From contig JANHCV010000013.1 of assembly GCA_025594325.1 (NCBI GenBank), forward strand, positions 372,001 to 436,000: 64,000 nt of DNA, written 5' to 3'. Positions 25,147 to 37,791 of this stretch are shown in pieces. The stretch comes from Blastocladiella emersonii ATCC 22665 (taxonomy: Eukaryota; Fungi; Blastocladiomycota). Below the pieces are notes generated by a model. The model did no database searches, was not told the DNA's origin, and was given only the letters and a program-made list of their open reading frames with translations. The translations under genes were made by a program, and so were the position numbers. Every line of letters begins with the position of its first letter. Position 1 is the stretch's first letter.

Positions 25147-26151
25147 GCTGCGTTTCGGTCCCCGGATGTGCCTCAGTTGAGCGTTCTTTTTTTTCGCTCG
25201 CTCGCGCGCTCGAAACGGTCCCCGGTTGCGCTTTTTCGCTGCCCTCTCGCGGCCTCGGCCCGCGGAGCCCCCCGCAACGCATCACGTGCGCTCACACCAC
25301 GCAACCGACGCGTCTCGGGACGCGCTCTTGCAACGGACACGCACGCGTGAGCAGGTGCGCGACGCGCTAACGCGAGACCGGGGGTGCCTGTCGTCGAGTG
25401 GATGCTGGCGCAACGGGAGTGTAGCTCTCAATGAATGTATAAGTCATGCACTTGCACGTTTGACGCGAGCGCGTATCCCACGACGCGCCATGGTCGCAGT
25501 CGTGGTGGCCTTGCGTCTCGAACGCGTGGTGCACACCGCGCGCGGCTTCTGTCAGGCGCGCCGCTGTTGCAGACGCGGTGCCCTTGCGTCTCAAGCGCGT
25601 AGAATGTCCATCGTTGCAGCAGCAGTGGCAGCACGGCGGCCAGCAGCTCCCCAACATGCTGTTGCAGCGGGACAACGGCCAGCTGTACGGCGGCGCCTCG
25701 CGCTTGCAGCAGCAGTATCACCACGGCGGTCAGTCATTAGGCGGCACGCAACACGGCAGGCGGCGGTCAGTCGTTTGGCGGTACGGAACACGGCAGGCTG
25801 CAGCTCAACGGCCAGCGATGCATGAGCGCGTTGACGTGGCGGCAAAGCGATCAGTACTACGGCTGCCAGTGGCACGGCAGTGGGCCGCTCTTAAAGCAGC
25901 CGTAGCAGGTTCCAAACGCTCACCGCCAGCTTGCTCGGCAAAAATTGCCAGCACAACGACGAGCCGTGGCCGGCACTGCTACGCTCTTCCTTTTCGCGCA
26001 GCCGCCAGCAACCCGCACCTGTCCAGAGCGCCACCATGTCTACCCAAACTCCCAACACTGCTCTTCAACTCAAACAAGACACCAAGATCACTGAGCAAAG
26101 CACTGCAACGATATATCACACCCAGGCTTGGTATAACAACCAACAAACCAC

Positions 26152-28021
26152 TCAGTACGGCGCCCAGCGCGTCGCGCCCGTGCCGCTCGGCGACGGGACC
26201 AGCGGGGAGATCGCCGGCGAAGGCAGCCCCGCGATCATCGCTGTCGCCATCTCCGTCGCGGGCACCACGGGACCCATGGACACGGCGATCCCAGCGCCGG
26301 CCGCGAGCGCGAGGAACTGGGCGACGTCCGTCTCCTTGACATACATGGTCTGGAGCATGTCGGACGGCGGCGGCGGCGACGCGGGAGCCGCGGGAACGGA
26401 CGGTGGGAACGAGACCAGGTCGAGCACCGTCAGCGGGTCGCCCGCGCCAGCAGCGGCGTGGTGGGCGAGCGGCGGCGGCGGCGCCGCGCCAAACGGATCC
26501 TCCTCGGCCGGCCACGCCGGGTCCGCCGCGGACTCGTCGGCGCCCCACGGGTACAGGACCCGCGAGTCCCACGCGAGCGGCTGCGGCGGTGCGCCGCCGT
26601 CGTCGAGCGCGGCGAGCGCGGGCGCGGGTGGCGGAGTGGGCGAACGCGACGCGGCGCGCGCCGACGCCTGTCGCGTGCGCGGGCGGGACCGCGACTGCTG
26701 CTGCTGCTGCTGCTTCTCCTGGCGCTGTCCGCGGTGACGGCGGCGGGTCGACGAGCGGCGCGGCGGGCGCAGCGAGGCGGGCGGCGAGACGAGTGGGTCT
26801 ACCGCGTCGCTCGCGGCATCGTCGTTCGTGGCGGGCACAATTCCGAACGCCTCGAGCGAGAGCGGGTGCGTGAGGCCGGCAGGCACGGCGTCGGGCTCGA
26901 GCTTGCGCAGCGCCGCGTCGATCGCGTCGAAGCCGATGTCGCGGACGAGGAGCGGGATCAGAGCGGTACCGGGCGCGGTGGGCGCATCCGGCGCAGCTTG
27001 GTGCGGCAGCAGGGCGGCGGCGGTGGCCATGAGGTCCGGGTCGCGCGCGGCGGGCGACTTGGCCAGCTCGCACAGGAACGCGAGCGCGCACGAGTCCGGG
27101 TTGCGGCGCAGGTGGTCGATGAAGTGGTCGCTAGGTGCGTGGTGGGGGTTGCATCGAGTTGCATCGAGTGGTGAGTTTGGGTTTGGAGAGAGGAGACCGA
27201 GAGAGGGAGCGGGAGAGAGGGAGCGACGGCGACGGCGACGGCGAGAGGAAGGAGAGCGATCAGGGCAAGCAAACACCACGTACCGGCGGTTGGTCCGAGT
27301 CGAGCACGACGCGACGCACACGTACGGCAGCGTGTCGCTCGCGTGCGCCGTCTGGAAGTGCCGCGCCGCGTCGTTGGACCGCTTGCTATCGGCACAGCGA
27401 GAGTGCGAGGGTCAGTTCGGGTCGCGTCACGGCACGGCACCAGCAACGAGCAGCACACGTACAAGAACAGCTGGCACGACGGACACGTGGTCGGGCGCGC
27501 GTCGTCGTCGGCGGTCTCGAGCAGCAGGCTGCCGCCGGCCGTGAGCGTGACGCGCAGGTCCGGGAACGAGGTGCGCAGGCGGTCGAGCGACGCGCGGACT
27601 AGAAGGGGTGGAGTGCAGCGGGCGCGAGGGTCGGTGAGTTTCGGCGTCGGAGAAGAGGCGGACCACGAGGTCTCGAACGGCGATCGAGGGTGGGTGGGGT
27701 TCGGCCGCGCGCGCGCTGGCGGCGATCGAGGGTTGGCCGGTGATGCACCGCCGCCGACCGCCGACCCCGCCGACCGCCGGCTGCCGACCGCCGACCGCCG
27801 ACCGCCAACCACGCGCCGCGCCGAGCCGAGCCGAACGCCTCGCCCGGCAGAGCGGCGGCGGCAGCGCGGCGCTCGCACGAGGCCACATCAAGCAGTGCAC
27901 GGCGCGGCGGCGGTGGTGGGTCACACGCGGGCCCGGTGGCGAGGGCAGCAGGGGGAGACGGTGGCGGCGGAGACGTACCACGCGGGATGGCCATGAAGGC
28001 GGCGAGCTGCTCGGGCGTCAT
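26152..28021 (-). CDS. C2H2 zinc-finger protein B, paralog of A
   Basis: Spliced model VRASLDRLRTSFPDLRVTLTAGGSLLLE...CPSCQLF|FKRSNDAARHFQTAHASDTLPYVCVASCSTRTNRR|SDHFIDHL, continuing to the end of ORF 26152-27321. Introns at the same three positions as in gene A. 5' exon and start uncertain. Confidence 0.6.
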
Positions 28022-30488
28022 TCTCGGGCGCGGGGGGCGGTGCTGCGAGGAGGGCACTGCGAGGAGGGTATTGCTAGTCGGGCGAGGGCCGGGTATCTAG
28101 TGCAGGCGACGGAGAGGTCGAGAGAGGGAGCGCGCGGGCGAGGCGGCCGTTTTGAGGGGCGCTCGGATGCACGGCCGGCGGGCTCCAGCTGCTCTGCGCT
28201 GCCCCTCGGCCGCCGACCCACCCGCCCCGGTTCGCGCGGCTGCGAGCGTCGATCGCATGATGAAACCATCACGCATGTGATCCCACCGCACGCCCGCGGC
28301 CGGCCAAAACGCGCACCGGCCGTGGTCGGTGCGGCCCGGACGGCGCTCATTCGCTGTGCGCGTGCGGGCAGCCGCGGCGTGCGGTGGACGGTGAAACTGC
28401 ACTTGCCCGTTGCGGACGCGGCGCGCGCGTCGGCGCCGGGTCGGCGCGCGCGAACGTGGACGAGAAGGGGCGAGTGCGAGGGTGCGTGCGCGAGGGTGCG
28501 TGCGCGAGGAGGGAGGCGTTGGCCGCGCGTGCGTGCGCATGGGCCCGACGTCAACCCGACGCGCACGACGCGGCGCGGTGGGATGGGGCGGGCGGGCATA
28601 GATCAGCAACTGGGCTCGGCTCGCGCGCGTCGCGGTCGCAGACGGCGACGAAGATCACGGCGACCACGGCGGCGGCTAGACTGTGGGCGGCGGGACGGTG
28701 AAGGGGAGGGTGCGCGCGCGTCAGCGAGGAGGGCGGCGGCAAACACGCGCGTCAGGGCGGCGAGCGCGTTCCGTTCCTTCGAAGCGAGCGACCGCGTGCC
28801 GAGACGCTGGCCGCAGTGCGGTGAAACGCCGCCAAGTGCCGTGGCCGTGGTCGCCTCGCCGCCTTCACCGACGAGCGAGCGACCCTGCGCCGGCCGCGCT
28901 GCGCGTGAGAACGAACCCGACCGGCATCCGCATGTGCTACTCGTGTGACAGTGGCCCATGCCGATCGGATCGCTTGATTGCATGGCGGGGAGACCGGACC
29001 GGACACCCGGCCACGGCGGCGCGGCGGGCTCAGCCTCGTATTTGTACCGCGAGCATCGCGGTGCGTGGTCGCTCGATTCCGCGCGCGAGTCGACCGGCGA
29101 CTTGCATCGCACCGCGCTGCCCTCCACCGCGCCGACCCCGCGACTCGTGAACGGGCGCGCTCACACCGGCCCGCTGCATCCAGCAATGGAAGGTAAGATA
29201 GGGGCGCGGAGCAGGGCCTCGCGAGCTGGGCAAGTCGCGCACCGAACATCTCGTGTTCAGGGGGCGCGTCCGAGTTGCCGCAACTGTCCATCACCAAGCT
29301 CTCTTCGAGTGCGATCAAGCGAAGAACGTCGCGCCGGTGTCTGGCCGTGAGCTGAACGGACTTGGCGCGCGTCTCGCGAGCCGCGCGACACGGCCGCGGG
29401 GAGAGACGCGTCTCGCGCCGGGCACGTGACTGTCTCACACCGCCCTCCGCGCGTCGCGAGCCCGCTTCGCGGCGCTGCCGCGCGCTCGCATAACGTGCCC
29501 TCGTGCACCTGCAAGAGTCGCTCGTGGAAACAAGTCTGAGCGTCCCTTCGTTGCGGGCCGTGCCTCGCCCGCTACGAAGGCGAACGCGACGCGAGCGCAT
29601 CGTGACTTTGATCGCCGTCGCTTCACTTTGCGGTTGCTCCCACTCGGCGAGCACTTGGCGAAAAATGAATGGAACGACCACTGGTACATGTATTCAAGCA
29701 GATCTATTGCTGCGCATTCGCGGCGAGTCGTGCGCGGCGGACGACCGCTGGCCACTGTAGAGGCTTCAATACTGCGCGTGAACGCGGCCGTCGCGCTCGC
29801 GGCGGGGCGAGACCTTGATCTCGACGCGCCAAAGCTCGTTAGAAGCGTCGGCCAACAACAGTCCGAACCTTGTTCGTGTTCGGCGAGCGTGAGCTCGCGC
29901 AGCATGGAGTCCACGATGATGGGCGGGTTTTTACTCTCGTTCCAGCTCGGCCGTCGCGCAACCTGATCGACCGCGTGGGCTCGCGCACGCAGGGGGGAGA
30001 CAACAAAACACGCACGCAACAAGAATCCGGGTATGTACCCCGACGGCGGCCATGCGGACCGACGGGAGCGCGGCGACAGACGACGCTCTGAGACGCGCAG
30101 CGCGAGGGTAGCGTCGCTCGCGTCAAAAGGCAAAAGTAGCAGGGCGGGGGCTGATGGACGAGCCGAGCTTGCAGCGGGTTGGTGCTCGCCGTTGAAAACC
30201 CGCGGGAGGGGATGCGAGGAGCGAAACGCAGCCGGGCGGTGAAAGTTCGAGATTGCTTGGAGTAAGCGTAGCGAGCTGCTCAAGACGCGCCCGCTCCCTT
30301 GGTGGCGGCGGTTGGGCGGCAGAATGCCCACGTTTGAGCGATATCCAAGCCGTGGAGGAGATCGTATGTGTAGGCACAGGGGTTCAGGTTGGTCTCGTGC
30401 CGTGGTTGATGGCATGAAAACCCATTGTCGGACGTGTCGCGCGTGGGAGAGTGCCGCCGCTGGCCGCAGTTCGTGACGAGCAGACGGT

Positions 30489-31000
30489 CTAGCGCGCAGA
30501 GTCCCCCAAATTAACGGCAGCGATGCCGCCGGGATGCATCACGTAAGACCACGCGCAGATACTCACCGGTGCTCGCGTCGCGTCGTCGTCGTCGTCCGTC
30601 GCAGAGTCGGTGAGGTCGTGGAAGATCGCATCGCGGACGTCGACGATGGTCGTCCATTCGCGCAGCGCGCGCGCCGCCAACGAGGGAAGTGATTCGCGGC
30701 GAAGTTGGTGGTGTTCAGCGAATCCTGCGGCCGAGCTGGGCACGTGCAGCACGCTGTTGGCGGCCTTGGTCGCGACCTCGCGCGAGGCGGTGTGGGCGGC
30801 CGACAAGCTGCCGACGAGCTGAAGTCCGCGAACGCGGGGAGGAAGCAAATGAGAGCGGACGCGGGAAGGTCGAGCGTGCAGCGGTGAGCGGTAGTGGACC
30901 CGATGGCGGCCGTTTGCGGAATGGCAAACTTGTCCTCGTGCCAAGACGAGCGTAAGCCCTCGGAGAAAAACTTTTCACAATTCATGGTGTCGATTTGCAC
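30489..31000 (-). pseudogene. PP2C-like phosphatase fragment
   Basis: HEDKFAI and AVNLGDS motifs lie in different frames, followed by a premature stop. Confidence 0.35.
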
Positions 31001-31852
31001 TGAACAAGAGAGCGGTGCGCGTAAATGGGCGGTGCCACAAAAGGGGCCTCACCCGTCGCGGCGAGTGTTGCCGCGGGGGTCGAACGAAGTCGTACCAAGT
31101 CGCACAGCACGTGCGAAAGGTCGTTGCGAGCGAACTGCCTGTCATGTGCTTGCGTCGACGGCCCGGCCCACCCGAAGGCGCTGCAGTTGCGCAACACGGC
31201 AAGCGACATGTCCAACTGGGCCATCGGCACGACGAAGCGTTCCAGGAAGCGAATCAAGTTCAGGCGCATACGCGTGTCGCATGGGTGCGGCGCCACGACC
31301 GGCTCCGCCGCATGAGCGACTGCACGTCGGCCATGTCCGACACGTTACCCGCCTGGTGTTCGCGCTCGGGGAAGGTCACGTCAAGGCCGCCGGGTCCTAG
31401 TTGAGCAGCTGCGCCGCCGAGTCGCCCGTGCGGCCGGCCAACGCGTGGCGAAGCACTGAAGCCGCCGTTGCCGGTGAGCGGGCAAGGCGTAGTGTAGCTC
31501 GACAGTCCATGGTGTTGATGCAGAGGCTTCGTGTGCATGGAGAGGCGCTTTACCAAAGGCATTGGATGAGGGAGAGGGGGCCCGTACTCGAGGACGGGCC
31601 TCGTGACTACCCCAGCAGATTGCTGTGGCAGGCGCTCTGCCGCACACGCGCCCCGCTGCAGCAGCCGTGGCCGCGGCCACCGTCGGCGACCACCTAGCGC
31701 ATCCCGCCGGCTCAAACACACATATGATCAATGTAACGGAATGTATTAAAAGCTTCGAATGAGCGGGACCGCGGCCGCGACCAGCGCGCTCCGTACGGTT
31801 CCTCGCGCGCTGAGAACCGCGCGTGCGCGCAATCCCGCCGCGTCCCAACCCG

Positions 31853-34380
31853 CTAGTAGCGCGCGTTGACGATGGCCTCAACGTTGGTGGGTTCGGCGGT
31901 GCGGGTCTCGAGCGGCGCCGTGTCGTGGAACGTGAAGAGGTCGGCGAATCGGTGGCGGTCGACGATGGTCGCACAGGCGCAGCTGCGCCTTTGCTCGCGG
32001 AACACGTCGGCCTGGACCGTGCGCGGGCGCGCGCGTCGAGCTCGAGCTTGCGCGCGTGGGCGGAGTCGTTGAGAAGCGTACCCGACGCTCGGGGCGGCGG
32101 TGACTGGATCGGCATGGGGGTAACCGGGTCGGTGCGAAGTCGGCGCTCCACTCGGGGTGCGTCTCGGTGTGCCGTGATGGCGCCCGTGCGCGCGCTGCTC
32201 GGCGAGGAGGTCAAAGAACCCGAGCTCACGCCACGCCTGGTACGCGCTGAGCCGCGTCGGGGGTGTCGGAGCGCTCCCGCTGCTGCCGTGAACGGACGCC
32301 GCGTGGTAGACGGCGAGCACGCGGACCTCGTGCTGCAGCGCGAGGTGTCGCGGGTCCTGGACCGTGTCGGCACCGCCGCCGCCCACCGGCTGCTGCTGCT
32401 GGAACAGGTGCGACGCGCCGAGCGCCTAGTCGACGCCCTCGTTGCGCAGGCGGCGGTACACGTCGAGGAACACGTCGAGGAACACGTCGAGGAAGAGCTG
32501 TCCGAGGTCCAAGGTCGACCGGCGCGGGCGGCAGGGTGGACCGACGCCTCGAGGTCGTACGGCGCGGGCTCGGCGCGCCCAATGCACTCGGCGTGGCGCG
32601 GCGGCTGCGCTTTTCGGCGAACTTGGCGCGCTCCTGGCGTCGAAGATGACGAGCGCGAACGACTGCATCGCGAGGTCGCCGCCGGCCACGTGCTGCAGGA
32701 CGTGAATGAACTCGGACACGACCGAGTCGAGCGCAGGGCTCGCGACAAGGCACAGGTGTAGGACGATGAAGGGGAGCGCACGGTGGCGACCTCGTGGTGC
32801 TGGGTCTGCGCGAGCAGCGGGTGCAGGGCGCGGAAGACGGCGACGAGCGCCGAGTCGGCGCAGTGGGCGGCGAGGCGGAGGCAGAACCGGCACGCCCACG
32901 CGAAGAAGGGCACGGCGCCGGGCTGGAACACGGCGGCGGCCGCGTCGGCCTCGGCCACGAGCATGGGCTCGTCGACGCGGTACTCGCTGTCCTGCAGGTG
33001 CCGCACCGTCGACCAGTCAAAGCCGTCGAGCGCGTCGAGGCACGTCTTGGGGTGCAGCTTGAGCAGCCGCTGGATCGCGTGCGCGACGATGGTCTGCGCT
33101 AGATGGGGCGCGCAGGACCAGATCCGGCGCGGGTTGATCTCCTCGCCGCAGCACGGGGATCTCCTGGCGACCACGCTCGGCCTCAGCCGGCCGTCCTTGT
33201 CGGAGACGGCCACCTCGCCGCACATCGCGACGGCCACGGCGCCCGAGAAATCGCCGAAATCGACGGCCCCGAGCTGCCCTGGACACACGGTGGCGCGTAC
33301 GGCGGGCGTCGGGTGGTGCTCTGCGACGTTGACGAGGGCGTCGACCACGACGTGCAGGTCGCGGACCAAGGCGTCGGCCGACAACGCGTGGATCTGCGTG
33401 AGTAGCGCGAGGGCTTCGTCGAGCGAGGCCTCGGCGACGACGAGGTCGGGCGACACGATGCGCGCACACACGCGGGCGAGGCGGTCGTGCAGCGACGGCG
33501 TCGCCGATTTCGCGGCATCGATGCGCGCCTGGAACGGCGCGAGGACCGGGTGCGCGGGCAGGTCGGGCGCGTCCTTGAGGACCTCGGGCGTGGCGCGCGA
33601 GAAGAGGAGGTCGAGGAGCGCCGTGGTGGGAGGGCCGACCTCGAGGACGGCGGGCGTGCGCGCGGCGGAGAGAAGGATCGACAGCCAGAACCGGGCGAAC
33701 GTCTTGTCGTCGGCGACGCGCGCGAGGCTGGTCCAGCACTGCACGGCCTCGGTGGGGAATTCGGCCGCTGCGTTGGCGATGAGAGAGACGACCTGCGACG
33801 CGAGCACGGCGACCTTGCTGCCGGCGCAGGGCACGAGCCAGTCGAGCGTCGCGAGGGCGTCGACCGGGCACGGGCGCAAGGGACCCTACCAGTCGTGCTG
33901 CAGGGCCTCGATGAGGTGCGCGATGAGCAAAAAGTTGGTGGCCGTGATGCGCTTGCTCGACACACGCTGCACCAACAGGAGGCCCTCGGTGTGGCGGTAC
34001 AGGCACAGCTCGACGGCGAGTTTGAGCGAGGTGCACTCCTTGGGCGGCGGTGCCCGGGATCGACTGCAACGGCGCGCAGATCGGGTCGTCCCACGGGCCG
34101 AGCTGCTCGAGCAGGACCCAGGGCGGCACATATCCGATGGGCCCGACAAGGAGCTTGGCGATCTGGGCGCCCGCGAGCTCCTCGAGTACGCGCCGCAGCG
34201 GCGGGTGGCGCATGGCGGCGAGGAGGAGATGTTTGCGGAGCGCGTGCGTGAGGGTCGCGGCGGGACGGCAAGCAGCCCGGGGAGGCACAGCAGCGAAGCA
34301 GCGAGCACGGGTCGAACACGCGGCGGCGGTCGTTGATGTCGATGGGTAGGACGGCGGCGAGGACTGACAGAGTGGCCATG
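31853..34380 (-). pseudogene. ATR: ATR/MEC1-like PIKK internal fragment (UME region to start of FAT), frameshifted, kinase domain absent
   Basis: Across frames: ...CPGQLGAVDFG..., AHAIQRLLK...DWSTVRHLQDSEY, WACRFCLRL...VFRALHP, ALPFIVLHL, LDVYRRLRNEGVD, LALQHE...QAWRELG. Several frameshifts and stops, and a 12-bp tandem duplication (DVFL-DVFL) near 32465-32495. No PI3K-like or FATC domain in the window. Confidence 0.7.
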
Positions 34381-35345
34381 GTGAAGGTGCGACAGAACTC
34401 GGCGAGCGAGGATAGCACCGGTGCCGTAGATTGGTTGTCAAGCGGAAGGTCGGCCCAACCTCAGTCGGTCACGGTGACGGGAAGCGTAGCCGTGCCCTCG
34501 CCGGCGATGGCAGCGACCAATGGGTGGGCGGAAGCGCGAGGAGTCGCGCCAGGCGGTCGGGCGCAGGATCAGCAACGCGGTGGCCGGTGAGCGAGTTGCC
34601 GTGACTCAGATACATGTTTGCTAGCATTTGGGGTATTGGTGGAGTGCGCAGACGAGCGAGCGAGGAGAGGAGCGGTCGCCGACGGTGGCGGTGGCCGCGG
34701 CCACGGCCGCGGAAGCGTCGAGCACGAACGGCAACGCGTCACGGGACCGCGACGCAGACCGCGACGCACCGACGCGTCCCGCGCGCTGTGGCGCCGCTGC
34801 CGCCGACCGCCCGCCCTCGGCCGCTTCACTGCCCCGCCACAACGCCATGGGCGCGCCGCTCGGATCTCTCCGAAGATTATGCAACCACGCCATCCAGCTG
34901 TTCTGTCCCTGCCGGCCCAGCGTTGCCCTGAGGCCGGATCGGCCGAGTCGCCGCACGGCAATGGGCCTCTCCCCGCCGTCCGCGCCACGCCCACGTCGGG
35001 ATCGGACGGCTCCCGCTTCGCGTCGCCAAATCCGAAGACGTGAACCTCCGAGTGCCCTCGAGTCCGCCTCGCCCCGCGCACACGAACGAGCGCTTCCGCG
35101 TTGCCCGGTGCATCGCCGCCCTCGTCAGTGGGCCTACGTGCCGCCTGATATCGGTGCCGCCACGCCGTCGTCATGCTGCTCGTCGAAATGGCAAGGTAAA
35201 CAGTGTGCTCCTCTTGGTCCAGACGCGACGTTCGCTCGTGTACATTCTCCCCCGCTCTCTTGCGCTCGCGCTTGGGGTTGAAAGCTGACACGCTTGCATT
35301 CGCGTAGCCGAATGTGGACCCGTCCGTCAAGGGCGAGGCCGTGCG

Positions 35346-36881
35346 GTGTCTGGCTCGGTGCCTCAGCGAGACGCGCGCGGGACGCTCCCACGACAGCCGT
35401 TCGACTTCCGCAAGGCCGCCGCACGGGTGACGGCGACCGTTCTTGTTGCGTCGGCACTGTGTGCAGTGTTCGAGGACACGCTACCACCGCCCGCCGACGC
35501 TGCTACCGCGAGATGCTCGCCGCACCTCGTCGCGCGCATGAAGGTCCACGAGGCCGTCTGTTTCGGTACCGACGCCGAGCGCGCCGCCGCCAAGGCCATG
35601 CGCGGAGCCACCAAAAGCGGCGGCAGCGTCACGCCGCTCGCGCCACCACCCGCTGCGGCGGCGCGCGCGTCCGTCGCTGGTCCGCTCGCGCGGCCTGCGC
35701 CCGCCAGGGCACGCCCCTCGAGTGTTACGGGACCCGGCGCCGCCGCGGGCGCGAGTCACGCGGCCCGTGGGCACGATGCACCCGCCCATGTCCTCGTTGC
35801 CGACCAGCTCGTCAACGCGGTCGCGCTGCAGATCCGGCTCGCGTTCACGGCCGCCGACACGGCGCCCGTCATGCGCCTGTGCAAGCACCTCCTCCACACG
35901 CTGCTGCAGTTCTTTGACGCGCCGCTGCTCGCGTGCAGTGTCTCCCTCGACACGCTCGGCCAGCTCATGACCGAGCTCCTCACGCGGCTGCTGGACGCGG
36001 ACCTGCCGAACCGGTCGTCGGGCGTGCAGCTCGTCAAGGCGCTCAACATGCTCATGGTCCGCATCCTCGACAAGTCGCCGGCCAACCAGATCTTCGCGGT
36101 CCTGCTGCGCATGCTCGGCGACGCGCTGCCCGTGCTCCAGACGGGCGAGCAGGTCAAGTACGCGGAGCTCACCATGAAGTGCCTGTGGAAGGTGATCCGC
36201 ATGCTGCCGACGTACCTCAAGGAGGACGGCAAGGTCAACGTTGCCGAGCTGCTCCGCGACATCCACTTCTTCCTCGAGCACATCCAGGCCGCCGACTGGC
36301 GCCGCCGCGAGACCCCGCTCGGCGACGTGCCCATCCGCACCATCAAGACCATGCTCTCGGAACTCTCGCTCGCGTACGGCGACGCCATCCTCGACCACTT
36401 CCACCTCGTCGACGACAAGGACGACGCTTACGTGTTCACCTACACCAAGAACCTGCTTGCGTCGCAGGCGCGCAAGCGCGCTGCGGCCGCGGGCGGTACC
36501 ATGGGGTCCGCGTCCAGTCTGCCCGGGTCGCAGTACGGGTCCGCCGCGAGTTTGACTGGTGGCAGCCGGTCGGGCAGCGTCGCCGACGCGTCCGAGGCGC
36601 ACCAGCAGCACCAGTACCAGCAGCAGCACTACGGCGCCGGTGCCGGCGCCGGTCTCGGGTCGCCCGCGATGCAGCGGCCGGGCAGCGCCATGTCCCACCG
36701 CAGCTACGCGTCGAGCGCGGCGTTCGCGGCGGCCGCGGCATCCGCGGGCAGCGGGACCGAGACCGTCATGGCGGCGCTCGCTGCGCGCGAGGCGACGGCG
36801 GCCGGCGACAAGGAAGCGTTTGACGAGCTCACGGCTATCTTCAGCAAACTCGGATGTCCTGTTGCGAACATAAACACTTAG
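35346..36881 (+). pseudogene. STU2: XMAP215/ch-TOG/Stu2 C-terminal-domain fragment, truncated
   Basis: From about 35790: LNMLMVRILDK...KYAELTMKCLWKVIRML...DIHFFL...WRRR...DVPIRTIKTML...ELTAIFSKLG, typical of the XMAP215 C-terminal domain. No N-terminal TOG array. Homology stops at KLG (about 36854), where GC drops abruptly. Confidence 0.8.
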
Positions 36882-37165
36882 TTTCGATCTGAAGACCAAT
36901 CCTACCTTGAGCGGTCGTCCGTGCGCAAGTTTGCACCATACACGCGCTCCGCTGCGAGTCGCGATCGTGGCAATCACAAAGCTGGGTGATGCAACACGTC
37001 ACGTTTGTGGCGCAACGCGTCCCCAAGACATCCCTGACCATTTCTGCCCGAGCTTGTCTCGTTCAGGGAACTGCTACAATGCTCATGAAGCTTCAATAAT
37101 TATACTTGAGGCACCTAGACGCTTCGCGTCTGGTTTTCAATCGAGGGCTAAAGCCCGCGACACGT

Positions 37166-37255
37166 TTCGCGCGTGCCAGCTTCGCGCGTCGCAGCTTTGC
37201 CCGTCGCAGCTTTGCGCGTTGCAGCTTCGCGCGTGGCAGCTTCGCGTGTCGCAGC
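37166..37255. repeat. Six copies of a 15-bp tandem repeat
   Basis: Unit approximately TT(C/T)GCGCGTCGCAGC, six imperfect copies. Confidence 0.9.
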
Positions 37256-37791
37256 CAGCTAATCCAGCCGGGAACTGCGCGGACCCTAATAAAAATTCCG
37301 ATACTACTCTTTCGTCCCGGCGACCTGCTCGGACGGCTTCGAGTGCGTGGTAAGCTGAAGCGCCGCTGGAGCGGTCGTTGATGTTCACGGTTGCTGCTGT
37401 CTCCCACTGCTGCGCCACCCGCCTGAGCCACACACTGCACACTGAGCCACCACTCTCCGACCCCGCCTGTCGCCCCATCGCCTACCACTCCGACCGCTTC
37501 CATGCGACAGTACGACAGCCATACAATCTAGTGGTCCTACCGCCTTTCCAAGCTGGTCCCTGACCGACTGCCATTCGAACCACCTGCTTGCTCCCGTTTC
37601 AATCCGCACAACTTGCCTCCAACTCTGCTTGGAATGGGACGTCCACAAGTCCATCGGCCTGGCAGTTCCTGTCACTTCCACGGGCGCAGCGACGGTTCGC
37701 TGTACGCGAATACATTATGAAGGGGATAAAAAAAACGGAAAACCATGCATCATGTTTGAGCTCTCTTTGAGAGGTCTTGGGGACCAAATGT

